64,000 bases of DNA from Bdellovibrionota bacterium. Lineage in GTDB: Bacteria > Bdellovibrionota_C > UBA2361 > JBIKUX01. The stretch's first letter is position 1. Every line of letters starts with the position of its first letter. The DNA is taken from NCBI GenBank assembly GCA_044347345.1, contig JBIKUX010000001.1, positions 1 through 64,000 on the forward strand, given 5' to 3'. This document shows positions 1 through 9,981 of this stretch, piece by piece. Under the pieces are notes generated by a model. It was not told the origin of the DNA and did no database searches. It saw only the letters and a list, made by a program, of their open reading frames with translations. A program made the translations under genes and the position numbers.

Positions 1-66
1 TTTGCCGCCAGCAGCCGCTTCCTGGAGAATCCTCACTATCTGATCCTCCGTAAATCGCTTTCTCAT
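1..66 (-). CDS. IS3-family transposase OrfA, N-terminal fragment (partial)
   Basis: Manual translation gives MRKRFTEDQIVRILQEAAAGGK, matching the OrfA start pattern MKKRFTEEQIxxILxEAxAG. RBS AGGAGG lies at 72-77. Not in the ORF track. Confidence 0.85.
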   Translation of the reverse strand, partial: MRKRFTEDQIVRILQEAAAGGK

Positions 67-127
67 CTCGTCCTCCTGTTAAAGAGGACTATACATCATC
101 ACGTAGCTATTACAGGGGGGCAGGGCA
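1..127 (-). mobile_element. IS3-family (IS407-group-like) insertion sequence, left end only (cut by window edge)
   Basis: The minus strand from 127 reads TGCCCTGCCCCCCTGTAATAG..., resembling IS3/IS407 termini (5'-TG..CTGCCCCC). It is followed by an AGGAGG RBS and an OrfA start. Confidence 0.85.
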
Positions 128-135
128 TTCTATTC

Positions 136-1056
136 ATGTTTGGTAAGAATCCCACAAGCAATAACCCTCAAAATAACCGCGAAACCCTTGCGCAACTTAA
201 CACAGCCTTAGAAAGTTTAAATTATTTTAAAAATATACAATCAGGGGATCCAACATTCAGGCTGTGCGCTTGTCCACCCCAAGGAATTTGCGAAAAGTGT
301 TCTAACCTCAGCCAAGAGCTTCTCAGTGGAATATAAAATTTAATCGAACAATCTCAAATTCTTTTGTTAGCTACTTCTACTTCTTGTAACAATCTGCCAT
401 CCAGCATTGATATCCGAGAGACTGTAAATAAATTACAGATTAAATTACAGATTATAACTGACTCAAGCTTGTTACAAACCCATTTAGGGTTAGATAAGAA
501 ACTAAATGGTTTGACTTATCCTGATGCTATGGGAGACTCGGGGAAAGACTGGGATAAAAAAAGATATAAAGAAGAAATAACAGATTTTTTCAACAAAGTT
601 GCAAATCTTCTAAAGGCACCAAACCTTCCTAATTACTTAGAAAATCTTGCTAAAGCTTATAATAACCACTACCAAGCCCTAAATGAACCTACTACTACTA
701 CTACTAACTCTCAAAATTCTTTGAGTTCCTCTACTTTTAATTCAGGCCACGATCAGGTACTTAGTGACTTCGCTGATTACCTTCATGACCTTGGGTTTAC
801 AGCTGAAGAATTTCGTTCATGGGCGTTCAGTTATGCAGCTAGCGCTATAATCAATAGATATAAACTGAATGATAGTGACCTATTTTATATCCAAGCAAAA
901 TTAACGCGTCTTGAGAGGGAAAATACACCCTCCTCGCAACAAAAAAATAATAGACAAAGGCTACCAGGAACCCATAATGCACGTGTTCTTAATCCCGCTC
1001 AACTAGAGACAATAGAAGCTTTGCTTCAGAGCCTGGAAAACCAAAATCGTAGTTAA
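136..1056 (+). pseudogene. Probable interrupted gene of unknown function (ORFs 136-336 and 364-1056 are in one frame)
   Basis: A single TAA at 334-336 separates the two ORFs; 337-363 is open (NLIEQSQIL). The IS end lies 8 bp upstream of the first ATG. Confidence 0.55.
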
Positions 1057-1089
1057 GTGAATATAGTCTTACACAAAAAAAACGTTTAC

Positions 1090-3312
1090 TTAAATCTTCC
1101 AAGTACCTATCTGCTCTATTTCAAGAGATGGATCAAGCTCATCAAAAGAAATAGCTTGAAATATAGAATCTGTTCCTCGTAAAAAGGTAGAGACTCTACT
1201 CCTAATTTCGTTAGAACATAAGATTGACACTGGAAGAAGTCCAATAGTCCTAACAGGCTCTAGGATTCTGCGTAGACTAATAAGTAGCTTCTCTAAAGTT
1301 TCTGGTTCGATTGCCAGCGGAACAAATGGTGATTCAACAGGCACCTGCTCAAATACGGCTTCAACCTCAGAAGAAAGAGTAAACACCTTTAAAGATCTCC
1401 TATGAGACAGAAAAGCGCGCAACAGATGCCGCTTTCTCTGCACTCGCACAAAAGAAATAAGATGATTCCGATCAAACTCTTCGCCATTAGACAACATCGT
1501 GCGGTGATGTGAACAGTATGCAGAAACTACCTCAACTACCTGCTTAAAATCGCGAATACCAAGTCCATCACGCACCAACTCTTGCGCTATCTCAGTGAGC
1601 CGAGATACATCTACCAGATTTTTATTCAGCGCCTCATTGACTAAGCCTGGGAACCTCTTATCGAGCATTTTTAATAGATGATGCGTATCTGCTATTGATA
1701 CCGCCTCTTCAGGATGTCTTGAAAAAAAACACGCCACTTTAAGTAAAATAAACTCCATAAAATCAAAAGTGCGAATAGCCGCTGCTTCAAATATCTTCAT
1801 AGATGCTACTGAACGAGGTGTCCAAAAGATTCGGGCTCCTGTAAAAGGACACTCCTCATAGCGGTCAACATAAATACCAAATAATGAGGCCTGCTCCGGT
1901 ACAAGCTCAACAAGCATATTAGCGGAGTCAAGAAAACCCTCATCAACTAAAGTCCCATCTACCAAAAATTTATATCTTCCACTCAGTCCTATCTGTTCCG
2001 CAATTACCATTAAGGGAGGTAACTCGATACCTAAGGCTTGCCGAACTTCTTCTTGTAATAACTTCCACCATAAAATGTACCTATCATGATTAACTTTATA
2101 AATTTGAAAGAGTGACTCATTATCGAGCAAAACACTTACATACCTTCCTTCAGGAATACCCTCTATTTCTCCACCATTGTCCTCTTTACCTCCTAATAAA
2201 AGAGGTAAAAATTTTGTTTCGCTTGTTCCAATTTCGATACTATTTGTGTACGACGGTGTGGTACGAGCATTCTCCTCACCATTGTCACCTTTAAACTTTA
2301 AAAATTTATAGAGTGGTCCAATAATAACAGCTGACCCCACTATAAAAAACGGTAATGTAGGAAGTGCGGATATACACCCAAGCAAGATTATGAGAGATCC
2401 AGCCCCAATAATCGGCAGAGGTCGAGAAAAAAGCTCAATCCCAACTTCTTCCCCAAGAGTTAGAGGCGTACCTCGTGCTACTCTTGTTACTACAACTCCA
2501 GCGCATATAGCATTTAGTATCGCCGGTATCTGACTAACTAAACCATCCCCAACAGATAATCGTGTATATGTTGTAACAGCATCAAGAACCGATAATCCTT
2601 GAGAAACACCTATGTATAGACCCCCAATAATATTAACAAAAAATATAACAATACCGGCTATGGCGTCACCCTGAACAAAATTCATAGCACCGTCCATGGC
2701 GGCAAAAAGTTGAGACTCCTTTCTTAGTTCGTCCCGCTTATCCTGAGCCATTTCAGGCGATATGAGTCCTGCCCGTAGGTCGCTCTCTATTGTCATCTGA
2801 CGACCTGGGATAGCTTCAAGGGCAAACCGAGCTGCTACCTCAGCTACTCGAGTTGCTCCTTTTGATATAACGAAAAAATTGACTATGGTAATAACAGAAA
2901 AAATAATTAGTCCTACTACCACTTGATCACGAATCAGCACACTTCCAAACGCTTCAACTACATGACCAGCATTTGCTTGTGTTAAAATTAACCTAGTAGT
3001 TGCTACATTTAATCCAAGTCGAAAAAGTGCTGCGAGTAGCAGTAGAGCAGGAAAGGATAAAAGAGAGAGCACACTAGGAAGGTAAAGTCCTACTAGTACA
3101 AGCAGAAAAGCAAAAGTTAAGTTACCTACTAGAAGAAAATCGATTACAAAAGGTGGTACTGGCAACACAAAAAGGCCAGCGATAGCCAGAACAAACGAAA
3201 CAGTAAAGAAATCACTTTTACGAAACGAAACCTGCATGAAGCTTTTTTTCCACATACTCCGTAAAACTAATGATGCTTTCGTCTTAAAGTTTTTAGCAAG
3301 GCTATTTACCAA
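1090..3312 (-). CDS. FHIPEP-family type III export gate protein (SctV/FlhA-like)
   Basis: Multiple N-terminal TM helices, FRLGLNVATTR, RVAEVAARF..PGRQM..DL.AGLI, ESQLFAAMDGAMNFVQGDAIAG, GDGLVSQIPA and a large cytoplasmic C-domain. ESQL..DGAM is more SctV-like than FlhA-like. The exact start is uncertain (TTG overlapping the tadC stop). Confidence 0.93.
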   Translation of the reverse strand: MVNSLAKNFKTKASLVLRSMWKKSFMQVSFRKSDFFTVSFVLAIAGLFVLPVPPFVIDFLLVGNLTFAFLLVLVGLYLPSVLSLLSFPALLLLAALFRLGLNVATTRLILTQANAGHVVEAFGSVLIRDQVVVGLIIFSVITIVNFFVISKGATRVAEVAARFALEAIPGRQMTIESDLRAGLISPEMAQDKRDELRKESQLFAAMDGAMNFVQGDAIAGIVIFFVNIIGGLYIGVSQGLSVLDAVTTYTRLSVGDGLVSQIPAILNAICAGVVVTRVARGTPLTLGEEVGIELFSRPLPIIGAGSLIILLGCISALPTLPFFIVGSAVIIGPLYKFLKFKGDNGEENARTTPSYTNSIEIGTSETKFLPLLLGGKEDNGGEIEGIPEGRYVSVLLDNESLFQIYKVNHDRYILWWKLLQEEVRQALGIELPPLMVIAEQIGLSGRYKFLVDGTLVDEGFLDSANMLVELVPEQASLFGIYVDRYEECPFTGARIFWTPRSVASMKIFEAAAIRTFDFMEFILLKVACFFSRHPEEAVSIADTHHLLKMLDKRFPGLVNEALNKNLVDVSRLTEIAQELVRDGLGIRDFKQVVEVVSAYCSHHRTMLSNGEEFDRNHLISFVRVQRKRHLLRAFLSHRRSLKVFTLSSEVEAVFEQVPVESPFVPLAIEPETLEKLLISLRRILEPVRTIGLLPVSILCSNEIRSRVSTFLRGTDSIFQAISFDELDPSLEIEQIGTWKI

Positions 3313-4237
3313 GCATGGTAGTTATTTGAAGAAAGAATCCCGATAGTAAAATCATAAAAAACCCGACAAAAACTAGCCCTAAAGGGCCTGTTGCCTTTAA
3401 CTCAAGAGTTTTTATCTTTGCCTCAATTTTTGCCTCCCTCTGTAAACCTACTGCCTCTGCAAGCTCTTGTAGCTGCCGAGTAAGCTCCCCACCATGCTTG
3501 GCTACTTGGCTAAGAGACTTAAAAGCGTGCTTAAGCTCATTGTGACCCGATCTAATGCCCACCTCATTCATAGCCTCTTCAAATGAGGCGCCAGACTTTA
3601 CATAATTTTGAGCAAACAAAAACAGTTCAGTTACTGGATTATGACAATCACGCTCATCAGCCATTTGGATAACTCGGCTTATACACGGCCCAACATCAAG
3701 GGAACTACTCACTCCAATCGCTATCTGCTCAATGACAAGAGGAAGAAAATACAGAATTTCCTCATGACGTCGGCTAATTTCTTTATCTAGCATCATAAAA
3801 GGAAGACGCACACCAAATAACACTCCTATGATAGTGCTAATTAGCGCAAGGAGAATATCGTTTGTTCCAACAAATGCAAAAATAAATAGAGCAACTCCAC
3901 CTATTATTGGAAAAATTGATCTACTCTTCAAAAACTTGTTCTTATCGGCCAGACTAAATAATCCAGCTTGAAACAATTTCTCTTCATAAGAAATTTTTTC
4001 GCTACTTTTATTCTGTTTTTGGACGTCAAGTTTTATCTTATCAAAGTTTTCACTACTTACCTTTTTTTCAGATAAAATTTGATTTTCATGCAGACTTGCT
4101 AACTTAGCACTTCGTTTAAGAGAGTTAGCTGCGTGCTTAGATGATGATGGAACGACAAAAAGTACATATATCAGAAAGCAACCTGTGGCTAAAACTCCAA
4201 AGCCCAAACATAAACCGAGAATGAGAAGCCCGTTCAT
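3302..4237 (-). CDS. tadC: Tad pilus inner-membrane platform protein TadC (T2SS F family)
   Basis: N-terminal TM, central TM pair, T2SS-F-like region (LPLVIEQIAI..., QVAKHGGEL, EAKI..LELK), C-terminal TM; follows tadB. Confidence 0.85.
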   Translation of the reverse strand: MNGLLILGLCLGFGVLATGCFLIYVLFVVPSSSKHAANSLKRSAKLASLHENQILSEKKVSSENFDKIKLDVQKQNKSSEKISYEEKLFQAGLFSLADKNKFLKSRSIFPIIGGVALFIFAFVGTNDILLALISTIIGVLFGVRLPFMMLDKEISRRHEEILYFLPLVIEQIAIGVSSSLDVGPCISRVIQMADERDCHNPVTELFLFAQNYVKSGASFEEAMNEVGIRSGHNELKHAFKSLSQVAKHGGELTRQLQELAEAVGLQREAKIEAKIKTLELKATGPLGLVFVGFFMILLSGFFLQITTMLGK

Positions 4238-4252
4238 ATTTGCCTTATCGCC

Positions 4253-5233
4253 TCACAATCTTATGTCTGTAACACGACGAGACCAATAAATACCGCCAGA
4301 GATACAAAGCAATGCAAATTGCCAAATAAGATATCCTTTTGGATGTTTCAGTGAGCCAACTACAGCCTCGGGAAAAGTAAAATAAAGGAAAACCTCAATG
4401 CAGATAAGAATTAACACTATCACTACTATCGAGGCACGTTGAAGAGACACTTGACTCATAGCTGATGCCCGAAAATGTTGTCGCCTGCGAGTTTGTCGAG
4501 CAAGTCTCTCAAGCGTATCTGATAACACCCCCCCCACTGACCTACTAAGTAACAGTGCTTGTACAAACAACTCAATTTCAGGATGGTTTATATCCTCACC
4601 AAACGAGCCAATAGAAGCATCTTCCGACACGCCATATCGTGTTCTCTCAATCATAGTCTCTACCTCAAGTCTTAGTAGAGAATCTGGTTCAAGACCTTCA
4701 GCCGCTGCACTAATAGCCACTAAAGGAGTCATCCCTGTTTTAAGCAACCCTACAACTGATAGCAAAAACGGAGCATAGTCCTTATCAAAAGCTACAAATC
4801 TAGCTTCAATAGACCTCTTAAGAAGAGAACGCATAATTAAGGGTCCAACGATAAACGAAATCGGCAAAAAAATAGGAGATAAGAAAAGTGACAATATAAG
4901 AAATGCAATAATACTTAACCCCAATTCAAAAATGCGAAATACAGAAGAAGCCATTTTCCACTGAGCATACCGAATTTTTTTACCAAGAGTGTCTCTTGAT
5001 TTTACACTGGTTCGCTCTTCAAGTTTAACATCATTTACCTTAACTCGTGAGGTTAGCGTGTCACCAGAATTAAAGTTTATTTCTTCCTGATTACGATTAG
5101 AGCTAGCTAGCTGTTTAATTTGCTTATTAAAAGCTCTTTTACTTGATACTGAGGATTTAAAAACCAAAGTCACGAATACTCCAAAACTTATTACCATAAT
5201 AATGCAGAGTGTAATAAGTGATACTAATTCCAT
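4253..5233 (-). CDS. tadB: Tad pilus inner-membrane platform protein TadB
   Basis: LKTGMTP...A, 'FVQALLLSRSVGGVLSDTLERLA', TadB TM pattern; start overlaps the tadA stop (TAATG). Confidence 0.87.
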   Translation of the reverse strand: MELVSLITLCIIMVISFGVFVTLVFKSSVSSKRAFNKQIKQLASSNRNQEEINFNSGDTLTSRVKVNDVKLEERTSVKSRDTLGKKIRYAQWKMASSVFRIFELGLSIIAFLILSLFLSPIFLPISFIVGPLIMRSLLKRSIEARFVAFDKDYAPFLLSVVGLLKTGMTPLVAISAAAEGLEPDSLLRLEVETMIERTRYGVSEDASIGSFGEDINHPEIELFVQALLLSRSVGGVLSDTLERLARQTRRRQHFRASAMSQVSLQRASIVVIVLILICIEVFLYFTFPEAVVGSLKHPKGYLIWQFALLCISGGIYWSRRVTDIRL

Positions 5234-6825
5234 TATTTTCTCTCATGTGACGTGTTAAGTTTAGTAGAAAATCCAAATTCCTTAGGCTGCTCACCCAGTA
5301 GCAGACCACTTTCCTTAAGTAAGTCATCAAAGTTACTAGACCAACTATCAATACGCCAAAGAGGATTTTCTCCTCCTCGAATAATCTTAAAAATTGGCTT
5401 AATCTGTATTTGTCCCTCAATAAAGTGCCCTACTTCAATTACTTCCCCAATACGTGGTCTGCCACTTCCTTTTTCACGAAATAACCACACAACTGCATCA
5501 ACAGCCAAAGCGATTTGCTGACGAATAATATCAACTGAAACTGATTTTTGTGCGCGTCCTAGCAAACTTTCCAATCTAACTAGAGTTTCTCGAGCATTAC
5601 GCGCATGGATTGTAGACATACCTACATGCCCAGTTTGAGCACTTTCAAGAAATGCCTCTGCCGATTGTGGGGTGCGCATTTCCCCCAATATCACTCTTGA
5701 CGGCGTCATTCGCAGAGTAGTTTTAATATGCTCTTGAAGGGTTACTTCACCAACTCCCTCTGCGTTAGCTGGCCTTGATACTAAAGACCTAAAATATGGA
5801 TGTTGAAAATTTAGCTCTGGTGTATCCTCAACAGCTACAATAGATTCATCTAAGCCAAACTGGGTACCGAGACATTTAATGACTGTAGTTTTTCCAGTAC
5901 CAGTCTCTCCAGCCACCATTATGGTAGCTTGACCACTCCTTGTTAAACACGCTAGATAATTTACAATTAGTGAAGGTGCCATTTGAAAGGTAACTAAATT
6001 CTCAAGTTTTATATCAATTACTCTAGGGATTCGAAGAGATAGAAATGGCCCTCTTTGCCCACAAACACTTTCGTGAACAGCGCACAGCCTAATTCCATCA
6101 GATAGAGAAGCATCGACGGTATGATTTTGAGTTGTCAGTGACTTTCCAATTCTAAGTAATAGCCTATCTATGAACGCTCTATAAGTCTGATGATTTGGCC
6201 ATGATATTCCAGTTGTTTCACTTTTTTTGCCGCGCTGTAAAACTACAGTTCGAAAATCATAAACATGAATATCGGTAACTTCTCTATTGTCAATTAAAGG
6301 CTGTAATACTCCCCATCCCAAGAGATCTTTTTGAAGGTGAATGACGATATTAGCTTTTTCAATATCAGAAATACTTTCTGAGTGTCGACCTATAACCCTG
6401 TTGACGGCTTCTACAATATCAGCCTCAGCTATTGCATGGCCTGATTTTTGCGCCTGCTGAAGATTATAGTCACTACCAAGCTCTCTTCTTGTTTCTTTTA
6501 ATATAGCACTGGCTACAAGAGATAATTCTCCCTTCAAATTTGTATTACTACCAAAGCCGGTTGATTCGGATAACCTGCTTGTCTTTGAAGATCCAGCAGC
6601 GTTTGGTGTACTATGTATTTGAGGTTTATGCGAGTTATATAGAGATGTTTCACCTGGAGGTGGAAGTAGTCCAGTTCCTATATTTCGTCCAGTTCCCGAT
6701 TTTGAGGAAATTACTTCTGTAGCACGAGCTCCTTGCTTAGCGCGGGTAGAAAATAAACCTAAAAGCTGTTCCCTTTCGTCATTTCCTTTCGACATCGGTT
6801 GTATAATCCGTACCGAGCTAAACAA
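5233..6825 (-). CDS. tadA: CpaF/TadA pilus assembly ATPase with a long low-complexity N-terminus
   Basis: GWGVLQPL, VDASLSDG, Walker A GETGTGKTT, VEDTPEL, LRMTPSRVILGEMR, TGHVGMSTIHA. The true start is probably the ATG of MSKGND. Confidence 0.93.
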   Translation of the reverse strand: MFSSVRIIQPMSKGNDEREQLLGLFSTRAKQGARATEVISSKSGTGRNIGTGLLPPPGETSLYNSHKPQIHSTPNAAGSSKTSRLSESTGFGSNTNLKGELSLVASAILKETRRELGSDYNLQQAQKSGHAIAEADIVEAVNRVIGRHSESISDIEKANIVIHLQKDLLGWGVLQPLIDNREVTDIHVYDFRTVVLQRGKKSETTGISWPNHQTYRAFIDRLLLRIGKSLTTQNHTVDASLSDGIRLCAVHESVCGQRGPFLSLRIPRVIDIKLENLVTFQMAPSLIVNYLACLTRSGQATIMVAGETGTGKTTVIKCLGTQFGLDESIVAVEDTPELNFQHPYFRSLVSRPANAEGVGEVTLQEHIKTTLRMTPSRVILGEMRTPQSAEAFLESAQTGHVGMSTIHARNARETLVRLESLLGRAQKSVSVDIIRQQIALAVDAVVWLFREKGSGRPRIGEVIEVGHFIEGQIQIKPIFKIIRGGENPLWRIDSWSSNFDDLLKESGLLLGEQPKEFGFSTKLNTSHERK

Positions 6826-6866
6826 TTAAAAATTATGAACTGTTTTTTACTCTTATAATCTATTTA

Positions 6867-7118
6867 TCATCGAGGTCTAGTGTTGTTTCTATTATCATTT
6901 ACTGACCCAATTTCATTATCGATAAGATTAAAGTGTTGGCTAACCGTTAAACCTAAACTACGAACAGCTACCACACATACAACGGCTATTAAAGCTATTA
7001 ATAATCCGTACTCAACCATGCTTGCGCCAGAATCTCTCCTAGTTATATCGCTTTTGCTCTCTAATTTATTGTTTTTATCATCATTTTGCTCGTAAATGCT
7101 GACCATTGAAGACTCCAC
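6867..7118 (-). CDS. flp: Flp family type IVb pilin
   Basis: Prepilin cleavage/Flp motif G|ASMVEYGLLIALIAVVCVVAV; lies next to tadA. Confidence 0.92.
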   Translation of the reverse strand: MESSMVSIYEQNDDKNNKLESKSDITRRDSGASMVEYGLLIALIAVVCVVAVRSLGLTVSQHFNLIDNEIGSVNDNRNNTRPR

Positions 7119-7254
7119 CGTAACCCGATTTAACCAGAAATTTTACCTCTATTTATCACTGTAATTTGGACGTAACCTAATTCCCCATGTGGTAAGTAAT
7201 CGAATACCTGAGAAGAAAGCTTTAGGTTAACTTTTGACTTAAAATGTGCTTGGA

Positions 7255-8529
7255 TTATCGTCTTCCAATAATTTTACTGAGCCAACCGCTCTGAGGTTCA
7301 CCTTTTACTGAAGAGGACGCACCTGCTACCGAGCCAGAACCACTCGGATTATTAGATAAATTATTAGCTGAATCGATTACTCCAATCTCCTTTGCCACTT
7401 TTTCAAGAGCAACTCGAGTAGCTCGTTGGCCCATTCCATACAAAGTGCTGCCACTACCGGGCCACAAGCCTGCTTTAGGATCAAAAGGAAGCGGAGGCAT
7501 ACGCCAAGCAGCATCACCTAATTGATGCTCTGGTTCTAGCTCAGCAGCAATCTGAGCAACTGAAAGATCTGCATTAGAAGAAGGATTTATAAGTAAGACA
7601 AGTCTCTGGCCACTTCCTACCAAAGTTTTGATAAAAGATAGATACAAATCGACTGCAGTAAGTCCAAGGATAGAATCATCCAGCACTAGTAGGACAAGAT
7701 CAGCGCTTCTTAGTAACGCTCCTGAGGCAGGACCCATCCGACCACCAGTATCAACGATTACAACATCATACTGAACCCGACTGGTCTCAACAATTCTTTC
7801 TACAATGTACATCCCATCAGTATGACAAACCAAATCCATGGATTCTGCCATTCTATCAGGGGGCATAAGAACCGAAACTTCATCATTAATTGAACATACA
7901 GCATCTGCAAGCGAATCGCGTGATATATCTCGAGTACCGTTAACCCAAGCACTAACAACTTTTGCTTCAGGTCCGCTGACAGTCAGAGCTCTACTAAGAT
8001 CTCGAGTCTCAACATCTAGATCCCATAACAAAGTCTTTCTATTATAGACACTACATATCTCACCGAGAGCGGCAACTATTGAGGTACATCCCACACCACC
8101 TTTAGCATGAGTTACTACAATAATTTTTCCAGATCGCGCTCGACCCTCACGACGAAATTCCGCATTTATAGCAATAAGCTCCTGGAGCAGATCCATCGAT
8201 TGGGCACTATCGGGGAACACCTTGCGCACACCCACCGCATGTGCGGCTCTGAACGCTCCACCACTATATTCCTCATCTGTAACGAATAATATAATATGGA
8301 GCCATGATACCAAGGTGCTGGCTTGTCTCGCTATAGAGATACCCCTATCACTAACGCCTGATCCAATAATAAGAACATCAGCTTCGCTTAATCTATTCGC
8401 AAAATCACGTTCGTTTACAAGCTTAACTCTAAGATCAAGCATCTCTATATCGGTCTGAGAAAAAGATTCAACACGATTAGCACAAAATGCTTGTGCCTCC
8501 GTCGTGCTGTCTAAAATTAATAATTTCAT
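7255..8529 (-). CDS. CpaE/TadZ-like protein (pseudo-receiver + MinD/ParA-type ATPase domain)
   Basis: Receiver-like N-terminus (MKLLILD), deviant Walker A HAKGGVGCTS, LLWDLD, YDVVIVDTG; Tad context. Confidence 0.85.
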   Translation of the reverse strand: MKLLILDSTTEAQAFCANRVESFSQTDIEMLDLRVKLVNERDFANRLSEADVLIIGSGVSDRGISIARQASTLVSWLHIILFVTDEEYSGGAFRAAHAVGVRKVFPDSAQSMDLLQELIAINAEFRREGRARSGKIIVVTHAKGGVGCTSIVAALGEICSVYNRKTLLWDLDVETRDLSRALTVSGPEAKVVSAWVNGTRDISRDSLADAVCSINDEVSVLMPPDRMAESMDLVCHTDGMYIVERIVETSRVQYDVVIVDTGGRMGPASGALLRSADLVLLVLDDSILGLTAVDLYLSFIKTLVGSGQRLVLLINPSSNADLSVAQIAAELEPEHQLGDAAWRMPPLPFDPKAGLWPGSGSTLYGMGQRATRVALEKVAKEIGVIDSANNLSNNPSGSGSVAGASSSVKGEPQSGWLSKIIGRR

Positions 8530-8580
8530 TCCGATAACATCCGCTTCCTTAAAACTTTCAATGTGAAAGCTTTGTATACA

Positions 8581-9948
8581 TTATATTACGGCAAGGATAC
8601 GAATAAATATTACACCTGCTCCTAGCCCTAAAATTAATGCTACAAAAATAAATACATATTCCCAAAATACAGAACTCTCGTCCGAATAAGGAATTGCACG
8701 AGAGAATGTTCCAATTCGCTGAAGTAGCTCCGTATCATAACTCATCGTAGAGTTTTGATATGAAAGGTTATCTTCATTACCTATTGAGCGATTATTTTGA
8801 AATCCTGGAGTTTCCCATTCCTGCTCAAACTCAATTTTTTTCTGTCCCTTAGCGATGCTATTTTCATCGTGCAGAAGTGCTATTCCATTACTTATTTCCT
8901 GTGTGCCTATCTCTTCGGTGCCCTCGGTTATAGTATCCTCTACGTCGCTCTTTTCCAAAATATCTGCGCCATTTAGGCTATTAATCCCTTTCTGGTGACT
9001 GAGTTCTCTAGCTCGAACTTCAAAATTATCATCAGCGTCTAGTTTATTTTTAGGCCGTGTGTTTGAAGTTACTTTTGTTGATTTTTCATGAACACCGTTA
9101 CTTTGCAAATTCCACAAATCTCGCTCCATTTCACCGGCAGTTTGGTATCGCTCCTCAGGTTTACGCTGCATTGCCTTTAGAACAATATCATCAAGAGATT
9201 TAGGACAATCTGGGCGCAATGCACTAGGTGGCTTTGGATCAGATTTAAGGCGTTTTGTCATCGTTTCATAGACGCTCCCACCTCTAAACGGAGACTCACC
9301 AACTAACATTTCATAAGCTAAAATTCCAAGAGCGTAGAGATCTGATCTTGAGTCAACTTGAGAATTTAACATGTACTCAGGACTAACGTAGTCTATAGTT
9401 CCTACAACGCCACCATGCTCTGTAAGCTTTGGTCCATGGGAGGTACTCCGTGCAATCCCAAAATCTGCGATTTTTACATTCCCGTCATCGGTAAGAAGGA
9501 TATTTTCTGGCTTAAGATCGCGATGAATGATCCCTGCATCATGAATAGCCTGTACCCCAGCACACATTTGAGTCAGAAGACGAATAATCTCACTAATAGG
9601 AATTAAAGAATCGCGTTTACCAAGTCTGTCAGCTAAGTCACCTCCTCCAACAAACTCCATAGTATATGCTACAATATCGCCGTCTTTAAGATATTCGTAA
9701 GCTCGTACTACATTTGGATGAGACACACCATAAGAAGATGTAATCTCATTCTTAAAGCGTTGAGCCGCAACAGCGTCTTGAGCTACTTCTGGAAAAAGTA
9801 CCTTTACAGCCACGAGATGGCCAGATAGCTCTCTATGCCGACAAGCATATACAAGCCCCATACTCCCAGCTCCAAGACACTTAACCACCTCATATCGCCC
9901 TGCGATAATAGTGCCTGGTTGTAAACTTAAAAGATGCTCATCTGTCAT
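8581..9948 (-). CDS. Hanks-type Ser/Thr protein kinase with C-terminal TM helix
   Basis: LGAGSMGLVY, VAVKVL, HRDLKPEN, DFG, GTIDYVSPE, SDLYALG; hydrophobic C-terminus. Confidence 0.96.
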   Translation of the reverse strand: MTDEHLLSLQPGTIIAGRYEVVKCLGAGSMGLVYACRHRELSGHLVAVKVLFPEVAQDAVAAQRFKNEITSSYGVSHPNVVRAYEYLKDGDIVAYTMEFVGGGDLADRLGKRDSLIPISEIIRLLTQMCAGVQAIHDAGIIHRDLKPENILLTDDGNVKIADFGIARSTSHGPKLTEHGGVVGTIDYVSPEYMLNSQVDSRSDLYALGILAYEMLVGESPFRGGSVYETMTKRLKSDPKPPSALRPDCPKSLDDIVLKAMQRKPEERYQTAGEMERDLWNLQSNGVHEKSTKVTSNTRPKNKLDADDNFEVRARELSHQKGINSLNGADILEKSDVEDTITEGTEEIGTQEISNGIALLHDENSIAKGQKKIEFEQEWETPGFQNNRSIGNEDNLSYQNSTMSYDTELLQRIGTFSRAIPYSDESSVFWEYVFIFVALILGLGAGVIFIRILAVI

Positions 9949-9981
9949 TTAGAACTTTAACGAGCCTATAAAATGATATGA

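Noticed and set aside
1090-3312. Flagellar gene cluster
   Set aside because: No flhB, fliPQR, flhF or other flagellar genes are adjacent, and the motif ESQL..DGAM is closer to injectisome SctV.
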